Of a stretch of DNA of 64,000 nt, positions 29,114 through 39,066 are shown piece after piece. The stretch is from Candidatus Cloacimonadales bacterium. Its GTDB lineage: Bacteria; Cloacimonadota; Cloacimonadia; Cloacimonadales; JAFGVF01. Every line of letters begins with the position of its first letter. Within the stretch, counting starts at the first letter, position 1. Made by a program: the position numbers and the translations under genes. Below the pieces are notes generated by a model. It did not search any database. It was given only the letters and a program-made list of their open reading frames with translations, and had not been told where the DNA came from. The stretch covers positions 3,136,001 to 3,200,000 of the forward strand of contig OY759729.1 in the NCBI GenBank assembly GCA_963662585.1, read 5' to 3'.

Positions 29114-29334
29114 TTGTTCCCCTATTAATAATAATCAATAGAGCATTTTTTTAAGAAAGGGGTTAATTTGACAAGTAATATTATAAGAGGAAAAAAATAA
29201 TTAATCATTCTTGACAGTTAAGCGACTTAAAGAAAAGTGGTAATGATTTGTACAATTGAGTAAAAAATACAATTGCGTATGTGATTAAATAATAGCCTAG
29301 TACAAAAATTCAATAAAAAGATTAAAGGGAGACT

Positions 29335-31029
29335 ATGATCTACTTTAAAGAGATGGCACTGAACAGAGAGCTTCAGTCAGCCTTGGAGACGATTAATTTT
29401 GTCAGTCCTACTCCAATTCAGGAGAAAACTATTCCATATATATTGGAAAACAGTCAGGATTTAATTGCGTTAGCTCAGACTGGAACAGGAAAAACCGCTG
29501 CTTTTGGACTACCATTATTAAATATGTTAGATACAACATCAAAATCAGTTCAAGCATTTATATTATGCCCTACCAGAGAGCTTTGTTTACAGATTTCGAG
29601 AGATTTGATGAGTTTTGCTTCAAATATGAGCGGAGTCAATATTGTTGCCGTATATGGTGGTGCGAGTATTTCAAATCAGTTAAGAGATTTGAGAAAGGGA
29701 GCCAATATTGTGGTTGGAACACCTGGTCGTGTAAACGACTTTGTGAAACGCGGAAACTTAAATGTTTCAAATGTTAAATGGTTAGTATTAGATGAAGCTG
29801 ATGAAATGCTTAATATGGGATTCAAAGAAGAATTAGATTCAATTCTTGCAAATACTCCTAATGAAAAGCAAACCCTACTTTTCTCTGCTACTATGCCTAG
29901 AGAAATCCAGCAGATTTCTAAAAACTACATGCATGAACCATATGAAATTTCAGTAGGTTCAAAAAATAGTGGAGCTGAAACAGTCTCTCATCATGTCTAT
30001 ACTGTTAGAGCAAGAGATAAATATCTTGCTTTAAAAAGAGTAGCTGATATGAATCCTAATATCTATGGAATAGTTTTCTGTAGAACTAAGAAAGAGACTC
30101 AAGAAATCGCTGAAAAGCTTCAGTTTGATGGTTATAATGCTGATTCTCTGCACGGAGATTTATCTCAAGGTGTAAGAGAGAGTGTGATGAGTAAGTTTAG
30201 AAATAAACATATTCAGATGTTAGTTGCTACTGATGTTGCTGCTCGTGGTATCGATATTGATGACTTAACTCATGTTATCAACTATGGTTTACCTGATGAA
30301 GATGATGTTTATATCCACAGAAGTGGAAGAACCGGAAGAGCTGGAAAAACAGGAATCTGTATCAGTATCGTGCATAGCAAAGATGGTAGAAAACTTAAAT
30401 TTATTGAAAGAAGGTTAGGACAACCTTTAGAATATAAAGAGCTTCCTTCTGGTCGCGAAATATGTCAAAGACAGCTTTTTAATCTAATTGATAATGTTGA
30501 AAAAGTAGAAGTTAATGATGAGGAAATCGATCCATTCATGGATGTTATTTTCAAGAAGTTAGCTTGGTTAGAAAGAGAAGATTTAATCAAACATTTCGTG
30601 GCTGTAGAATTCAACAAATTCTTAGAATATTATAAAGATGCTAGTGATATTAACTATCATAGGGATCATGATGATTTTGATTCTCACTTAGGTGGTAGAA
30701 GAGGTGGCAGAGAATTCTCATCTCGTGAAAGAGGTGACAGAGGCGATAGAGGAGAAAGAGGCGGAAGAGGTAGAAGTAGGAGAGCTGAACAGGGATTCAC
30801 AAGATTCTTTATGAATATTGGTGGAGCTCAAGATTTAACTCCTCCAAAACTTATCGGAATCCTTAACGACTTAAAAATTGCTTCTCGTCTTAACATTGGT
30901 AAAATTGACATTAAAGAGGGATTTTCTTTCTTTGAAGTTGAATCTGTGCACGAACAAGCTTTGTTGCAGAAATTTACTAAAGGTGTTAAATACGGAAGAA
31001 GTAATGTTCGTATAGAAATAGCTAAATAA
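29335..31029 (+). CDS. deaD: DEAD-box ATP-dependent RNA helicase with C-terminal DbpA-type RNA-binding domain
   Basis: Q motif, AQTGTGKT, PTREL, DEADEM, SAT, HRSGRTGRAG, RG-rich linker, DbpA-like C-terminus. Confidence 0.9.
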   Translation: MIYFKEMALNRELQSALETINFVSPTPIQEKTIPYILENSQDLIALAQTGTGKTAAFGLPLLNMLDTTSKSVQAFILCPTRELCLQISRDLMSFASNMSGVNIVAVYGGASISNQLRDLRKGANIVVGTPGRVNDFVKRGNLNVSNVKWLVLDEADEMLNMGFKEELDSILANTPNEKQTLLFSATMPREIQQISKNYMHEPYEISVGSKNSGAETVSHHVYTVRARDKYLALKRVADMNPNIYGIVFCRTKKETQEIAEKLQFDGYNADSLHGDLSQGVRESVMSKFRNKHIQMLVATDVAARGIDIDDLTHVINYGLPDEDDVYIHRSGRTGRAGKTGICISIVHSKDGRKLKFIERRLGQPLEYKELPSGREICQRQLFNLIDNVEKVEVNDEEIDPFMDVIFKKLAWLEREDLIKHFVAVEFNKFLEYYKDASDINYHRDHDDFDSHLGGRRGGREFSSRERGDRGDRGERGGRGRSRRAEQGFTRFFMNIGGAQDLTPPKLIGILNDLKIASRLNIGKIDIKEGFSFFEVESVHEQALLQKFTKGVKYGRSNVRIEIAK

Positions 31030-33066
31030 TTAATTAATTTTCAAGACTTTTGAAGTGAAATTACCTTCTGAAGTGTGAATTTTGATGAAATAAATACCAT
31101 TAGGGATTGAAGGATTAGGTTGCCAAACCAGTTCTTTAGTCCCTTCTTTTAATTCTGAGCTTAGATCTGAAACTAGCTGTCCCCTCAAATTATATACTTT
31201 ACCCCAAGTAATCAATCCTTTAGTAGAAGAGAGTGTAATTTGCTTTTGAAAGGGATTAGGGTAGCTAGAGACTTGGCTAAGGACTTCAATATCATTCTGC
31301 TCATTAGTTACAGACTCATAGGCATCTATATAAAAAACTCCACTATTTGTAGTAGCAAAAATTGTTGATTGATCTAGTAATGTATTATTGATTAGTCTAT
31401 TAACGAGCTTATCTTCTAAACCACTGCTTAAATCAGCAAAGCTACCATTATGGTAAGTGCTTATCCTTTGCCAATCTTCGGGGATTACTGTGGGAATATG
31501 AGATAGAAAAACTACCCCATAAGAATCTACTGCAATATCACTATAATTAGGATAGTTATTTATCTGTTGCCAGTTTATTCCCATATCAGAACTATACCAA
31601 AATCCTTGATTATCTCCATTGTTAATTATCCCATAAAGATTCCCATCATTGCTATTATATTCACTTTTCTTAAATGGTAGAGGAGAAGCTTTTCTCCATC
31701 CTTTCTTAGAATAGAAATATAGAATTGCAGGAGTGTTTCCATATTCTTCGCTGACAGTAAAATAGCCATTGTTATCATAACGCCAAGCAACAGCTTCACC
31801 TTGGGGTTCCATTATATAAGGTACTTCAATATAAGGCTGAGATAAAGCTTGGGCTATGGACATATTTTTTCTTTCCCACATATACATATTCTGGTAATTC
31901 TTAATTAAAATGAAGTTTCCATCAGGGGAAATATCTCCACCAGTAGCTCCTTGATTAACTAATTCATCGATTGGGATTTCGACTGTTCCAACATAAGTTG
32001 CTACTTGAGTTGCTTCTGTTAAAATGTAATTAAGAGAAAATATCTTTTCACTAGTAGCAGTATCACCTGTGTGTCTCTTAGTGATGATGAAGAAAGTTGA
32101 AGTTCTTTGATCAAAAAGAAGGGTCTCTGAATCGTAATTCTCATTATCAGGATAAATAAAGGAAATAGTATGTGATGATGTTAATTGCACGGCCGTAGCA
32201 TTTTGAGTAGGAGAAACTTCTGGTTCAGGAACAATATAAATATATTTTATTTGGTTATTTAACTGATTATCTCCTGTATCTGCTAGATATATCTCAGGGA
32301 TTCCTGTGTCTGGATTATTACCAATAGCCATATCTTCCCAATCCCTATTAGTCACACCATCAATAGTATATATTCCTAGGTGTTGCCCTAATTCGTTCAT
32401 AGAAAAGATAAAATTTCCTCCCCCTGAATCATTATGGGTCCAAAGAACACCAGGATTACTTCTGCTGGCAACTAATCCGGATGCTTCGTTTATTTCACCA
32501 GACTGAACTGTTCCAAAATTCTGTCGATTAGCAAAGAGTCCTGATTCACTAGTTAATTTATGATAAAATCCTTCATTAGTAGTAGCAAATTGATGGGTTG
32601 ATGATTCTGTAATATCTAAAACATTTTTGGAGTAGAATTCAGCTGGAGCTTGCCATTCATTATCTTGATTAATTTGAAAGTTATTTTCACTACTGAAATA
32701 GATAGCATTGCTATAAATTCCTTTGTCTAAAAATCTAGGTTCAAAATACCAATCAACTAATTCAATGTTTCCTGAGTTATCTAAAGTGTAAAGTCCATCA
32801 CTATATGACCCTGAACCAAAAATAACAAATCTCTCATTTTCATTCTCTGCTACCCCCAAGGCAGTTAAACCTGCATAACTATAGAGATTAATTTGGTCCA
32901 TGGAAAATACTTTAACGCCTTGTGAGGTAGAGAAGTAGATATTCCCATCTTCGACAGAGTTATAGACATGATAGGTGTCGCTATCATCATCTAAAAGATT
33001 AACCCATTCATAGCCACTAGCAAGAATTGCAAATAGGATTAATACAAGAACTAATAAATTTTTCAT
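31030..33066 (-). CDS. Secreted multi-domain beta-propeller protein with T9SS-like CTD
   Basis: Signal peptide from ATG 33066 (RBS GGGAG); EASGL..LWTHNDSG..DWEDMA..QGEAVAW domain; SYPNPF..VYNLRGQ..GIYF CTD. Confidence 0.78.
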   Translation of the reverse strand: MKNLLVLVLILFAILASGYEWVNLLDDDSDTYHVYNSVEDGNIYFSTSQGVKVFSMDQINLYSYAGLTALGVAENENERFVIFGSGSYSDGLYTLDNSGNIELVDWYFEPRFLDKGIYSNAIYFSSENNFQINQDNEWQAPAEFYSKNVLDITESSTHQFATTNEGFYHKLTSESGLFANRQNFGTVQSGEINEASGLVASRSNPGVLWTHNDSGGGNFIFSMNELGQHLGIYTIDGVTNRDWEDMAIGNNPDTGIPEIYLADTGDNQLNNQIKYIYIVPEPEVSPTQNATAVQLTSSHTISFIYPDNENYDSETLLFDQRTSTFFIITKRHTGDTATSEKIFSLNYILTEATQVATYVGTVEIPIDELVNQGATGGDISPDGNFILIKNYQNMYMWERKNMSIAQALSQPYIEVPYIMEPQGEAVAWRYDNNGYFTVSEEYGNTPAILYFYSKKGWRKASPLPFKKSEYNSNDGNLYGIINNGDNQGFWYSSDMGINWQQINNYPNYSDIAVDSYGVVFLSHIPTVIPEDWQRISTYHNGSFADLSSGLEDKLVNRLINNTLLDQSTIFATTNSGVFYIDAYESVTNEQNDIEVLSQVSSYPNPFQKQITLSSTKGLITWGKVYNLRGQLVSDLSSELKEGTKELVWQPNPSIPNGIYFIKIHTSEGNFTSKVLKIN

Positions 33067-33249
33067 AGTGTCTCCCTTCAAAATCACCTAGATAAAAAAT
33101 ATTCAATAACCCTTTTTTAGGCAAGGTATTTTTTCCTTATTTAAAGTTCTTAGTCAATCTAACTTGAATGATTAAAATTTAAAGTGATTTTTCTTGACAA
33201 CAGAGTGTAAAGTCAAAATAATAATACAAAATGAATTAGGAGAGCTATT

Positions 33250-33999
33250 TTGAAGATTTTATTAACTAACGATGATGGTTATTCTGCAAAAGGAATAACA
33301 CTTCTCTTTGATACCTTAACAGAATTAGGTTTTGATACCTATATGGTAGCACCAGAAACTGAAAAGAGTGGTGCTTCTCACTCAATCACTCTGCACCGAG
33401 ACTTAGTAGCTAAGAGAGTTAAAAATAAAGTATATAGCGTAAGTGGAACTCCAGCAGACTGTGTAATTTATGCAATTAATCAAATAGCTGATGATTTTGA
33501 CCTAGTTGTTTCAGGAATCAATGCAGGGCAAAATATGGGCGAAGATATCTTTTATTCTGGTACTGTAGCAGCAGCTACTGAAGCTTGTTTCTTAGGTTTT
33601 CCTGCTTTAGCTTTCTCAATGTGTGCCTACAAAGATCAAATGTATGAAACAGGAGTAGAAGTAGTTGTAAAAATTATATCATTAAAGCTTCATGAACAAT
33701 TAAATAAAAATGAATTACTAAATATAAATGTTCCTAATATTCCTTTTGAAGAAATAAAAGGATTCAAAGTTACTAAAATAGGGGAAAGACGCTACAAAAA
33801 CTTTATTCACTTCAAAGAACAAACAGAAGAGAAATCTGTTTATACTGTAGGTGGTGATATTCCTGAATGTGTCTATGATGAACAAAGTGATTATTATGCC
33901 ATAGCTAATAACTTGGTCTCTATAACCCATTTACTTAGGAAATCAGACTGTCATTTTAACTTGGATAAACTGGAAGAAATGAATAGTTATGAGATTTGA
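33250..33999 (+). CDS. surE: 5'/3'-nucleotidase SurE
   Basis: ILLTNDDG, SGASHSIT, GTPADCV, SGINAGQN, YSGTVAAATE. Confidence 0.96.
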   Translation: MKILLTNDDGYSAKGITLLFDTLTELGFDTYMVAPETEKSGASHSITLHRDLVAKRVKNKVYSVSGTPADCVIYAINQIADDFDLVVSGINAGQNMGEDIFYSGTVAAATEACFLGFPALAFSMCAYKDQMYETGVEVVVKIISLKLHEQLNKNELLNINVPNIPFEEIKGFKVTKIGERRYKNFIHFKEQTEEKSVYTVGGDIPECVYDEQSDYYAIANNLVSITHLLRKSDCHFNLDKLEEMNSYEI

Positions 34000-34642
34000 A
34001 GATCAACGAGAAACCCTAATTACTGAATTGAAAGAGATGGGGATTACTGATGAACTTGTCATTTCAGCCTTTAGAACAATTCAAAGAGAAGATTTTGTTC
34101 TGTCCCATGTAAAAGAGTTTGCTTATAGAAATCAAGCTTTACCTATTGAAGCTGGACAGACCATTTCACAACCCTATATTATTGCCTTAATGATGCAGGA
34201 AGTAGAATTAGAACCTGAAGATACCGTTTTGGAAATTGGCACAGGTTCAGGTTATCAAACTTCCCTCTTAGCAAGCTTAGTAACTACTGTCTGTACTATC
34301 GAAAGACATCAAAATCTTAGTCAGAAAGCTAAGCAAACTATGACAAAATATAATTTTAAAAATGTCTATTTTAAATTTGGTGATGGAACTAAAGGATGGG
34401 TGAATAGCTATCCACCCCTAAAAGAGTTCGACAAAATAATAGTCTGTGCAGGAGCACCAATGGTTTCTGAAGCACTATTAAATCAACTTAAAATCGGTGG
34501 TAAATTAGTTATTCCTGTGGGAAATCTAGAACAACAACGATTAAAAATTATTATCAAAACAGAGACAGGTTTCGAAGAAAAGGAAAGTGTAGCCTGTAGT
34601 TTTGTTCCATTATTGGGAGAATTAGGATGGGAAGAAAGTTAG
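33989..34642 (+). CDS. pcm: Protein-L-isoaspartate O-methyltransferase
   Basis: GQTISQP, LEIGTGSGYQ, GDGTKGW, FVPL; follows surE. Confidence 0.96.
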   Translation: MRFEDQRETLITELKEMGITDELVISAFRTIQREDFVLSHVKEFAYRNQALPIEAGQTISQPYIIALMMQEVELEPEDTVLEIGTGSGYQTSLLASLVTTVCTIERHQNLSQKAKQTMTKYNFKNVYFKFGDGTKGWVNSYPPLKEFDKIIVCAGAPMVSEALLNQLKIGGKLVIPVGNLEQQRLKIIIKTETGFEEKESVACSFVPLLGELGWEES

Positions 34643-35163
34643 AAATTACTTTAGAATTCTTTGATATGTGTTGGAAGTGGTTTAAGAAGAAGAGAGATGC
34701 TTTGATTAATCTGACTGAAAATGAGAAACAACTACAGTACTTTAGTGTGTTTGGTTCTCTAGGGAAGTCACAAATTAAAACTATAAATAATATCATCTTT
34801 GAAAGAACATTTAAGAGCAATGAGATAATTTATCAGATTGGGCATCCTAATATCGTGATGTATTTCATCTTGGAAGGTGAAGTTGATTTATATGATTCTG
34901 AAAACTCTGATACTCCAGATTTAACAATTGAAAGAGGTGGCTTGGTCGGTTCTATTGAAATATTCACTGGTAGCACACGAGTTAGCACTGCCGTTGCAAA
35001 GACTAAATGTAAAATGCTTGCTATGTCAAAGTATGACTTTAGAAATATGATTAAGAATAACCCAAAAATCGGTTCAAAGATTCTTTACGCTTTTTGTGAA
35101 AAATACTCAAAGTCACTTAATGCCAAAATAGTTCAGGATAAGGAAAATGCAGAAAAAAAATAA
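34627..35163 (+). CDS. Cyclic nucleotide-binding domain protein
   Basis: IYQIGHP..MYFILEGEV, G..E..RVSTAVAKT; no HTH. Confidence 0.8.
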   Translation: MGRKLEITLEFFDMCWKWFKKKRDALINLTENEKQLQYFSVFGSLGKSQIKTINNIIFERTFKSNEIIYQIGHPNIVMYFILEGEVDLYDSENSDTPDLTIERGGLVGSIEIFTGSTRVSTAVAKTKCKMLAMSKYDFRNMIKNNPKIGSKILYAFCEKYSKSLNAKIVQDKENAEKK

Positions 35164-36487
35164 CCGTTTGGTATTTAATATTTTGTTACTTCTTTTATTA
35201 GGAGTATCAGCTCTCTTTTACTGGAATATTCTGTCTAGTGTTATCGCAGGCATTATTTTTGCTTTTATTCTAAATCCTGCTGTCAGTTATATTGAAAGCT
35301 ATGGGGTAGGCAGAACTCTTTCTATTATTGCCATATACTTTATTATTTCACTCAGTATTGTTATTACGATGATCTTTGTCGTACCTAAAGTTATTTCTCA
35401 AGGCGAGAGTATCTTCTCATACTTAAATAGTTCTACAGCAGTTAAAAAAGCCATGGGAACAGTTCCGCTTGTAGAAGAAAAAGGAAGTACTGAAGAGAAA
35501 GGTATTATTAATATTTATCTTAATTATGATCATAAACAAGAGAAAATAGTGATTAATAATCAAGGGAAAATACTAACAAGTCCGGATAGTTTAGATATGG
35601 AGAGTGTCTTGATTACCCATGAAGCATCATCGGAAGTTTCTCTTGAGCCTTCTTCAAATCCTATTCCTGAGGCTCCTATTCCGCAATTTACTTATGCTGA
35701 TTCCTTATCCCAAGAATCGCTAAAGAAGTTTATGGAAATACCAGTTTTATCACAAATTACAGAGTATATTGAATATATTGATAAGAAAATTACTTTTATA
35801 GATATTACTGATGAAATAAAGAAAGTAAGCAGTAATTTAAAAGAGCAAATTATTCAAGTTCCCAAAATAGTTATAACAAATGTTTCTAGAATAGCCTCTA
35901 CTTTTGCTTTTGTTTTCATGATTCCGTTTATTAGTTTCTTTATTCTCAAAGATAAGAATCTCTTTTCTAAGATGTTCAATACTTTCATACCTAATAGATT
36001 CTTTGAACTATATATAACGATTACTCACAAGATAAGTGAATTAGTTAGTAGCTTTCTCAGGGCTCTGGTTATTGAAATTATCATCGTAGGTGTACTAACA
36101 GCTATTGTGCTTTCAATAATTGGCGTAAATTACTCAATTTTAATAGGTTTATTGGCTGGTTTAGCTAATATGGTGCCTTACTTTGGTCCATTTTTTGGAG
36201 TAATCTTTGCTATTAGTTCTGTGATTCTAACAGGACAAGATTTATCTATGATTCTCTATATTATTTTTGGAATGTGGGGAGTGCAAGTATTAGATAATAA
36301 TATTGTATATCCTATAGTGATTGGTAAAAGTACAAATATTCACCCTTTATATGTATTCTTAACAGTTGTTGCGGGAGGATTTCTCTTTGGTGTTTTAGGC
36401 ATGATTCTCTCAGTCCCAATTGTATATATAGTTTCTGAAATTTCCAAAGAACTTTATTCTAGCTTAAAAAAGTACGATATTATTTAA
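35147..36487 (+). CDS. AI-2E (UPF0118/PerM) family transporter
   Basis: FAFILNPAV, FFILKD, ANMVPYFGP, VQVLDNNIVYP..G..IHP..GGFLFG. Confidence 0.88.
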   Translation: MQKKNNRLVFNILLLLLLGVSALFYWNILSSVIAGIIFAFILNPAVSYIESYGVGRTLSIIAIYFIISLSIVITMIFVVPKVISQGESIFSYLNSSTAVKKAMGTVPLVEEKGSTEEKGIINIYLNYDHKQEKIVINNQGKILTSPDSLDMESVLITHEASSEVSLEPSSNPIPEAPIPQFTYADSLSQESLKKFMEIPVLSQITEYIEYIDKKITFIDITDEIKKVSSNLKEQIIQVPKIVITNVSRIASTFAFVFMIPFISFFILKDKNLFSKMFNTFIPNRFFELYITITHKISELVSSFLRALVIEIIIVGVLTAIVLSIIGVNYSILIGLLAGLANMVPYFGPFFGVIFAISSVILTGQDLSMILYIIFGMWGVQVLDNNIVYPIVIGKSTNIHPLYVFLTVVAGGFLFGVLGMILSVPIVYIVSEISKELYSSLKKYDII

Positions 36488-36489
36488 AT

Positions 36490-36630
36490 TGAGAATTATG
36501 AATTTAGAATTAAGAATTAAATTTCACACGAATTAAGACGAATTATGACGAATTTTCATGAATGTAGGGGCCTATTGCCATAGGCCTTCTTGAATTTTGA
36601 CGAATCTAGGGGCGAAAGATTTTTTGCCCT
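36490..36630. repeat. Composite intergenic repeat cluster (7-bp and 10-bp GAATT periodic repeats plus two GTAG-type REP-like hairpins)
   Basis: tgagaat-tatgaat-ttagaat-taagaat; acgaatt every 10 bp; gtaggggcctattgccataggcc (36564-36586); ctaggggcgaaagattttttgccct (36606-36630). Confidence 0.65.
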
Positions 36631-36640
36631 GACAAACAAA

Positions 36641-36664
36641 AAGACAGAACCGAGGTTCTGTCTT
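36641..36664 (-). terminator. Intrinsic terminator of iorAB
   Basis: Perfect 10-bp stem aagacagaac/gttctgtctt; T-run on the minus strand. Confidence 0.75.
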
Positions 36665-36687
36665 AGTGTTTTTATATTCTAGATTAT

Positions 36688-37260
36688 CTATTTTGCAGCT
36701 TCAAAACCAGCTTTAAGAGCTTTAATATTAGCTTCTACAATTGCTTCACCTTTTCTACCAAAAATAGTTTTGATAGCATCTTCAATTTGATTGATAGTGA
36801 AACCTAAAGTCTTAACTGCAGCTCCAAGAATAACCATATTCATTGAACGAGCAGAGCCAATCTCTTTAGCTATTGTATCTGCATCAATAAGTACATGATT
36901 CTTGTAGGCTTTGATTTTGTTATATACTTCTTCCTTTTCAGGATAGTTGGTAATGTTAACAAAAGGAGTAGAGTTAGCGATCAACCAACCATTCTCATTT
37001 AAGTAAGGAAGGTATCTAAGAGCTTCCATTGGCTCAACAGAGAGAATTAAATCAGCTTCACCCATAGGGATAAGATCAGAGAATATCTCTTCATCAGAGA
37101 TTCTGAGGTGTGATTGAACATCACCACCGCGTTGACTCATTCCATGTACTTCTGCTTGTTTTATATACATCTTAGAGGAAACAGCTGCCTGACCAATTAC
37201 AGTAGCGATAGTAAGGATACCTTGTCCACCAACACCGGCTAAAATTATATCTTTTTTCAT
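36688..37260 (-). CDS. iorB: Indolepyruvate:ferredoxin oxidoreductase beta subunit
   Basis: AGVGGQG, EVHGMSQRGG, EPMEALRY, NMVILGA. Confidence 0.93.
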   Translation of the reverse strand: MKKDIILAGVGGQGILTIATVIGQAAVSSKMYIKQAEVHGMSQRGGDVQSHLRISDEEIFSDLIPMGEADLILSVEPMEALRYLPYLNENGWLIANSTPFVNITNYPEKEEVYNKIKAYKNHVLIDADTIAKEIGSARSMNMVILGAAVKTLGFTINQIEDAIKTIFGRKGEAIVEANIKALKAGFEAAK

Positions 37261-37262
37261 TG

Positions 37263-38858
37263 TTACCTCCTGCTTTTTAATTTTTTCTTAAGAGTTTGAA
37301 CACACTCTCTGCGTGGAATAATCACAGAAACACCTTCATAGGCAATTTCTTCTTCAAACACTTTAACATTTATTTCATGTTGTTTTGGAAGTGGAGTAAT
37401 AACACGGATGTGATCTTCTTCAACACCTAAAGCTTTACAAACAGCTTCGATTCTACCAAAACCAGTATAATCCTGACCACCTGTCATACCAGTGGTGCTA
37501 TTATCAAGAATAACAACAACAAGATTATCTTTGTCATAAACACAATCCATTAAGCCTGTTAATCCAGAGTGGAAGAATGTAGAGTCACCAATAACAGCAA
37601 TTGCTGGATAGACACCTGCTTTGGAAGCACCTTTAGCCATAGTAATGGAAGCACCCATATCTAAGCAAGTATTAATAGCATTATAAGGAGGTAAGAAACC
37701 TAAAGTGTAACATCCGATATCAGAGAATACTCTACCGTTAGGAGTAGCTTTAAGGACCTCAGTAATTGCTTTATAAGAATCAATATGTGGACAACCTACA
37801 CAAAGAGCAGGAGGTCTGTTAGCGATAAAAGCAGGTTTTTCTTCACCAAAGTTATTTGGTAAGCCAAGAGCTTTTGCAACATGGTTTGGATTTAATTCAC
37901 CCACGCGTGGAAGAGAACCATCTAATCTACCTTTAATTTTAGTATTTCCAGAAACAAAACCTTTTAATTGTTGTTCAACAACAGGCATTCCTTCTTCAAT
38001 AACTAAAACTTGGTCACATTCACTCATAATTTTTTCGACTTGTTTTCTTGGTAATGGATATTGACTTACTTTGAGAATAGGGTGTTTGAAATCCACTTTT
38101 CTTACATTTTCCATAAGGTAGTTGTAGCCAAGTCCACAAGCAATAATACCAAGAGTTTTATCTTCACCATCGATATATTTGTTGAAAGGTGATTCTTCTG
38201 AAGCTTTTTCTAATTGAGCTTGAAGAGGAACCAACTTGTCATATTTCATTCTTGAGAATGCTGGTAAAAGCATAAATTGATTAGGATCATCAGGGAAACT
38301 AAGTTTATTTTCTTCTTGTACAGCTTTTGTAGTAACTCCAGCACGAGAGTGAGAAAGACGAGTCTCTAGTCTGATCATAACGGGTAGTTTAAACTTTTCA
38401 GAAAGTTCAAAGCCGTAAAAAGCTGCTTCATAACATTCTTGTTGGTTTGAAGGCTCGATGCAAGGAATTAAAGCAAAGTTAGCAAACACACGAGAATCTT
38501 GTTCATTTTGGGATGAATGCATGGAAGGATCATCAGCTACTGCCACTAATAAACCACCATTTGCACCAGTCATAGCTGAATTCATAAAAGGGTCAGCTGC
38601 AACATTAAGTCCAACATGTTTCATTGTTGCCATAGTTCTTTTACCTGCGTAAGACATACCTACTGCTTCTTCCATGGCAGTCTTTTCATTAGATGCCCAA
38701 GTTCTGTGAATATCCTTGTCAATAGCTACTTTGTTTTTTTGAACGAACTCAATAATTTCGGTTGAAGGTGTTCCTGGATATCCGTAGAATCCGGATATAC
38801 CAGCGTCAATCGCGCCTTGCGCTAACGCTTCATCACCGAGTAAAAGTATCTTTTCCAT
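37263..38858 (-). CDS. iorA: Indolepyruvate:ferredoxin oxidoreductase alpha subunit
   Basis: GYPGTPSTEI, MKHVGLNVAADP, SSQNEQD, RPPALCVGCPH, DIGCYTL, GDSTFFHSG. Confidence 0.93.
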   Translation of the reverse strand: MEKILLLGDEALAQGAIDAGISGFYGYPGTPSTEIIEFVQKNKVAIDKDIHRTWASNEKTAMEEAVGMSYAGKRTMATMKHVGLNVAADPFMNSAMTGANGGLLVAVADDPSMHSSQNEQDSRVFANFALIPCIEPSNQQECYEAAFYGFELSEKFKLPVMIRLETRLSHSRAGVTTKAVQEENKLSFPDDPNQFMLLPAFSRMKYDKLVPLQAQLEKASEESPFNKYIDGEDKTLGIIACGLGYNYLMENVRKVDFKHPILKVSQYPLPRKQVEKIMSECDQVLVIEEGMPVVEQQLKGFVSGNTKIKGRLDGSLPRVGELNPNHVAKALGLPNNFGEEKPAFIANRPPALCVGCPHIDSYKAITEVLKATPNGRVFSDIGCYTLGFLPPYNAINTCLDMGASITMAKGASKAGVYPAIAVIGDSTFFHSGLTGLMDCVYDKDNLVVVILDNSTTGMTGGQDYTGFGRIEAVCKALGVEEDHIRVITPLPKQHEINVKVFEEEIAYEGVSVIIPRRECVQTLKKKLKSRR

Positions 38859-39066
38859 ATTTACTCCTATTATTCATATTTGTTTATTTCTACCAAAATA
38901 TCAAACCAAGGAATCTTAGGCAAGTATTTTTTACTTTTTTTTATTTTTTCTGAAAAATTGGTGTAAAATTTGTATGTAATAATTGCTGATACTATTTTTT
39001 CAATTGACAAGAAATGTATTATTAAAATAAACTACAAAAAAAAATATATATAATAAAGGAGAAAAA

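Noticed and set aside
38859..39066. tnaC leader peptide
   Set aside because: No short ORF with the W-x3-D...P-stop pattern was seen in the spacer.
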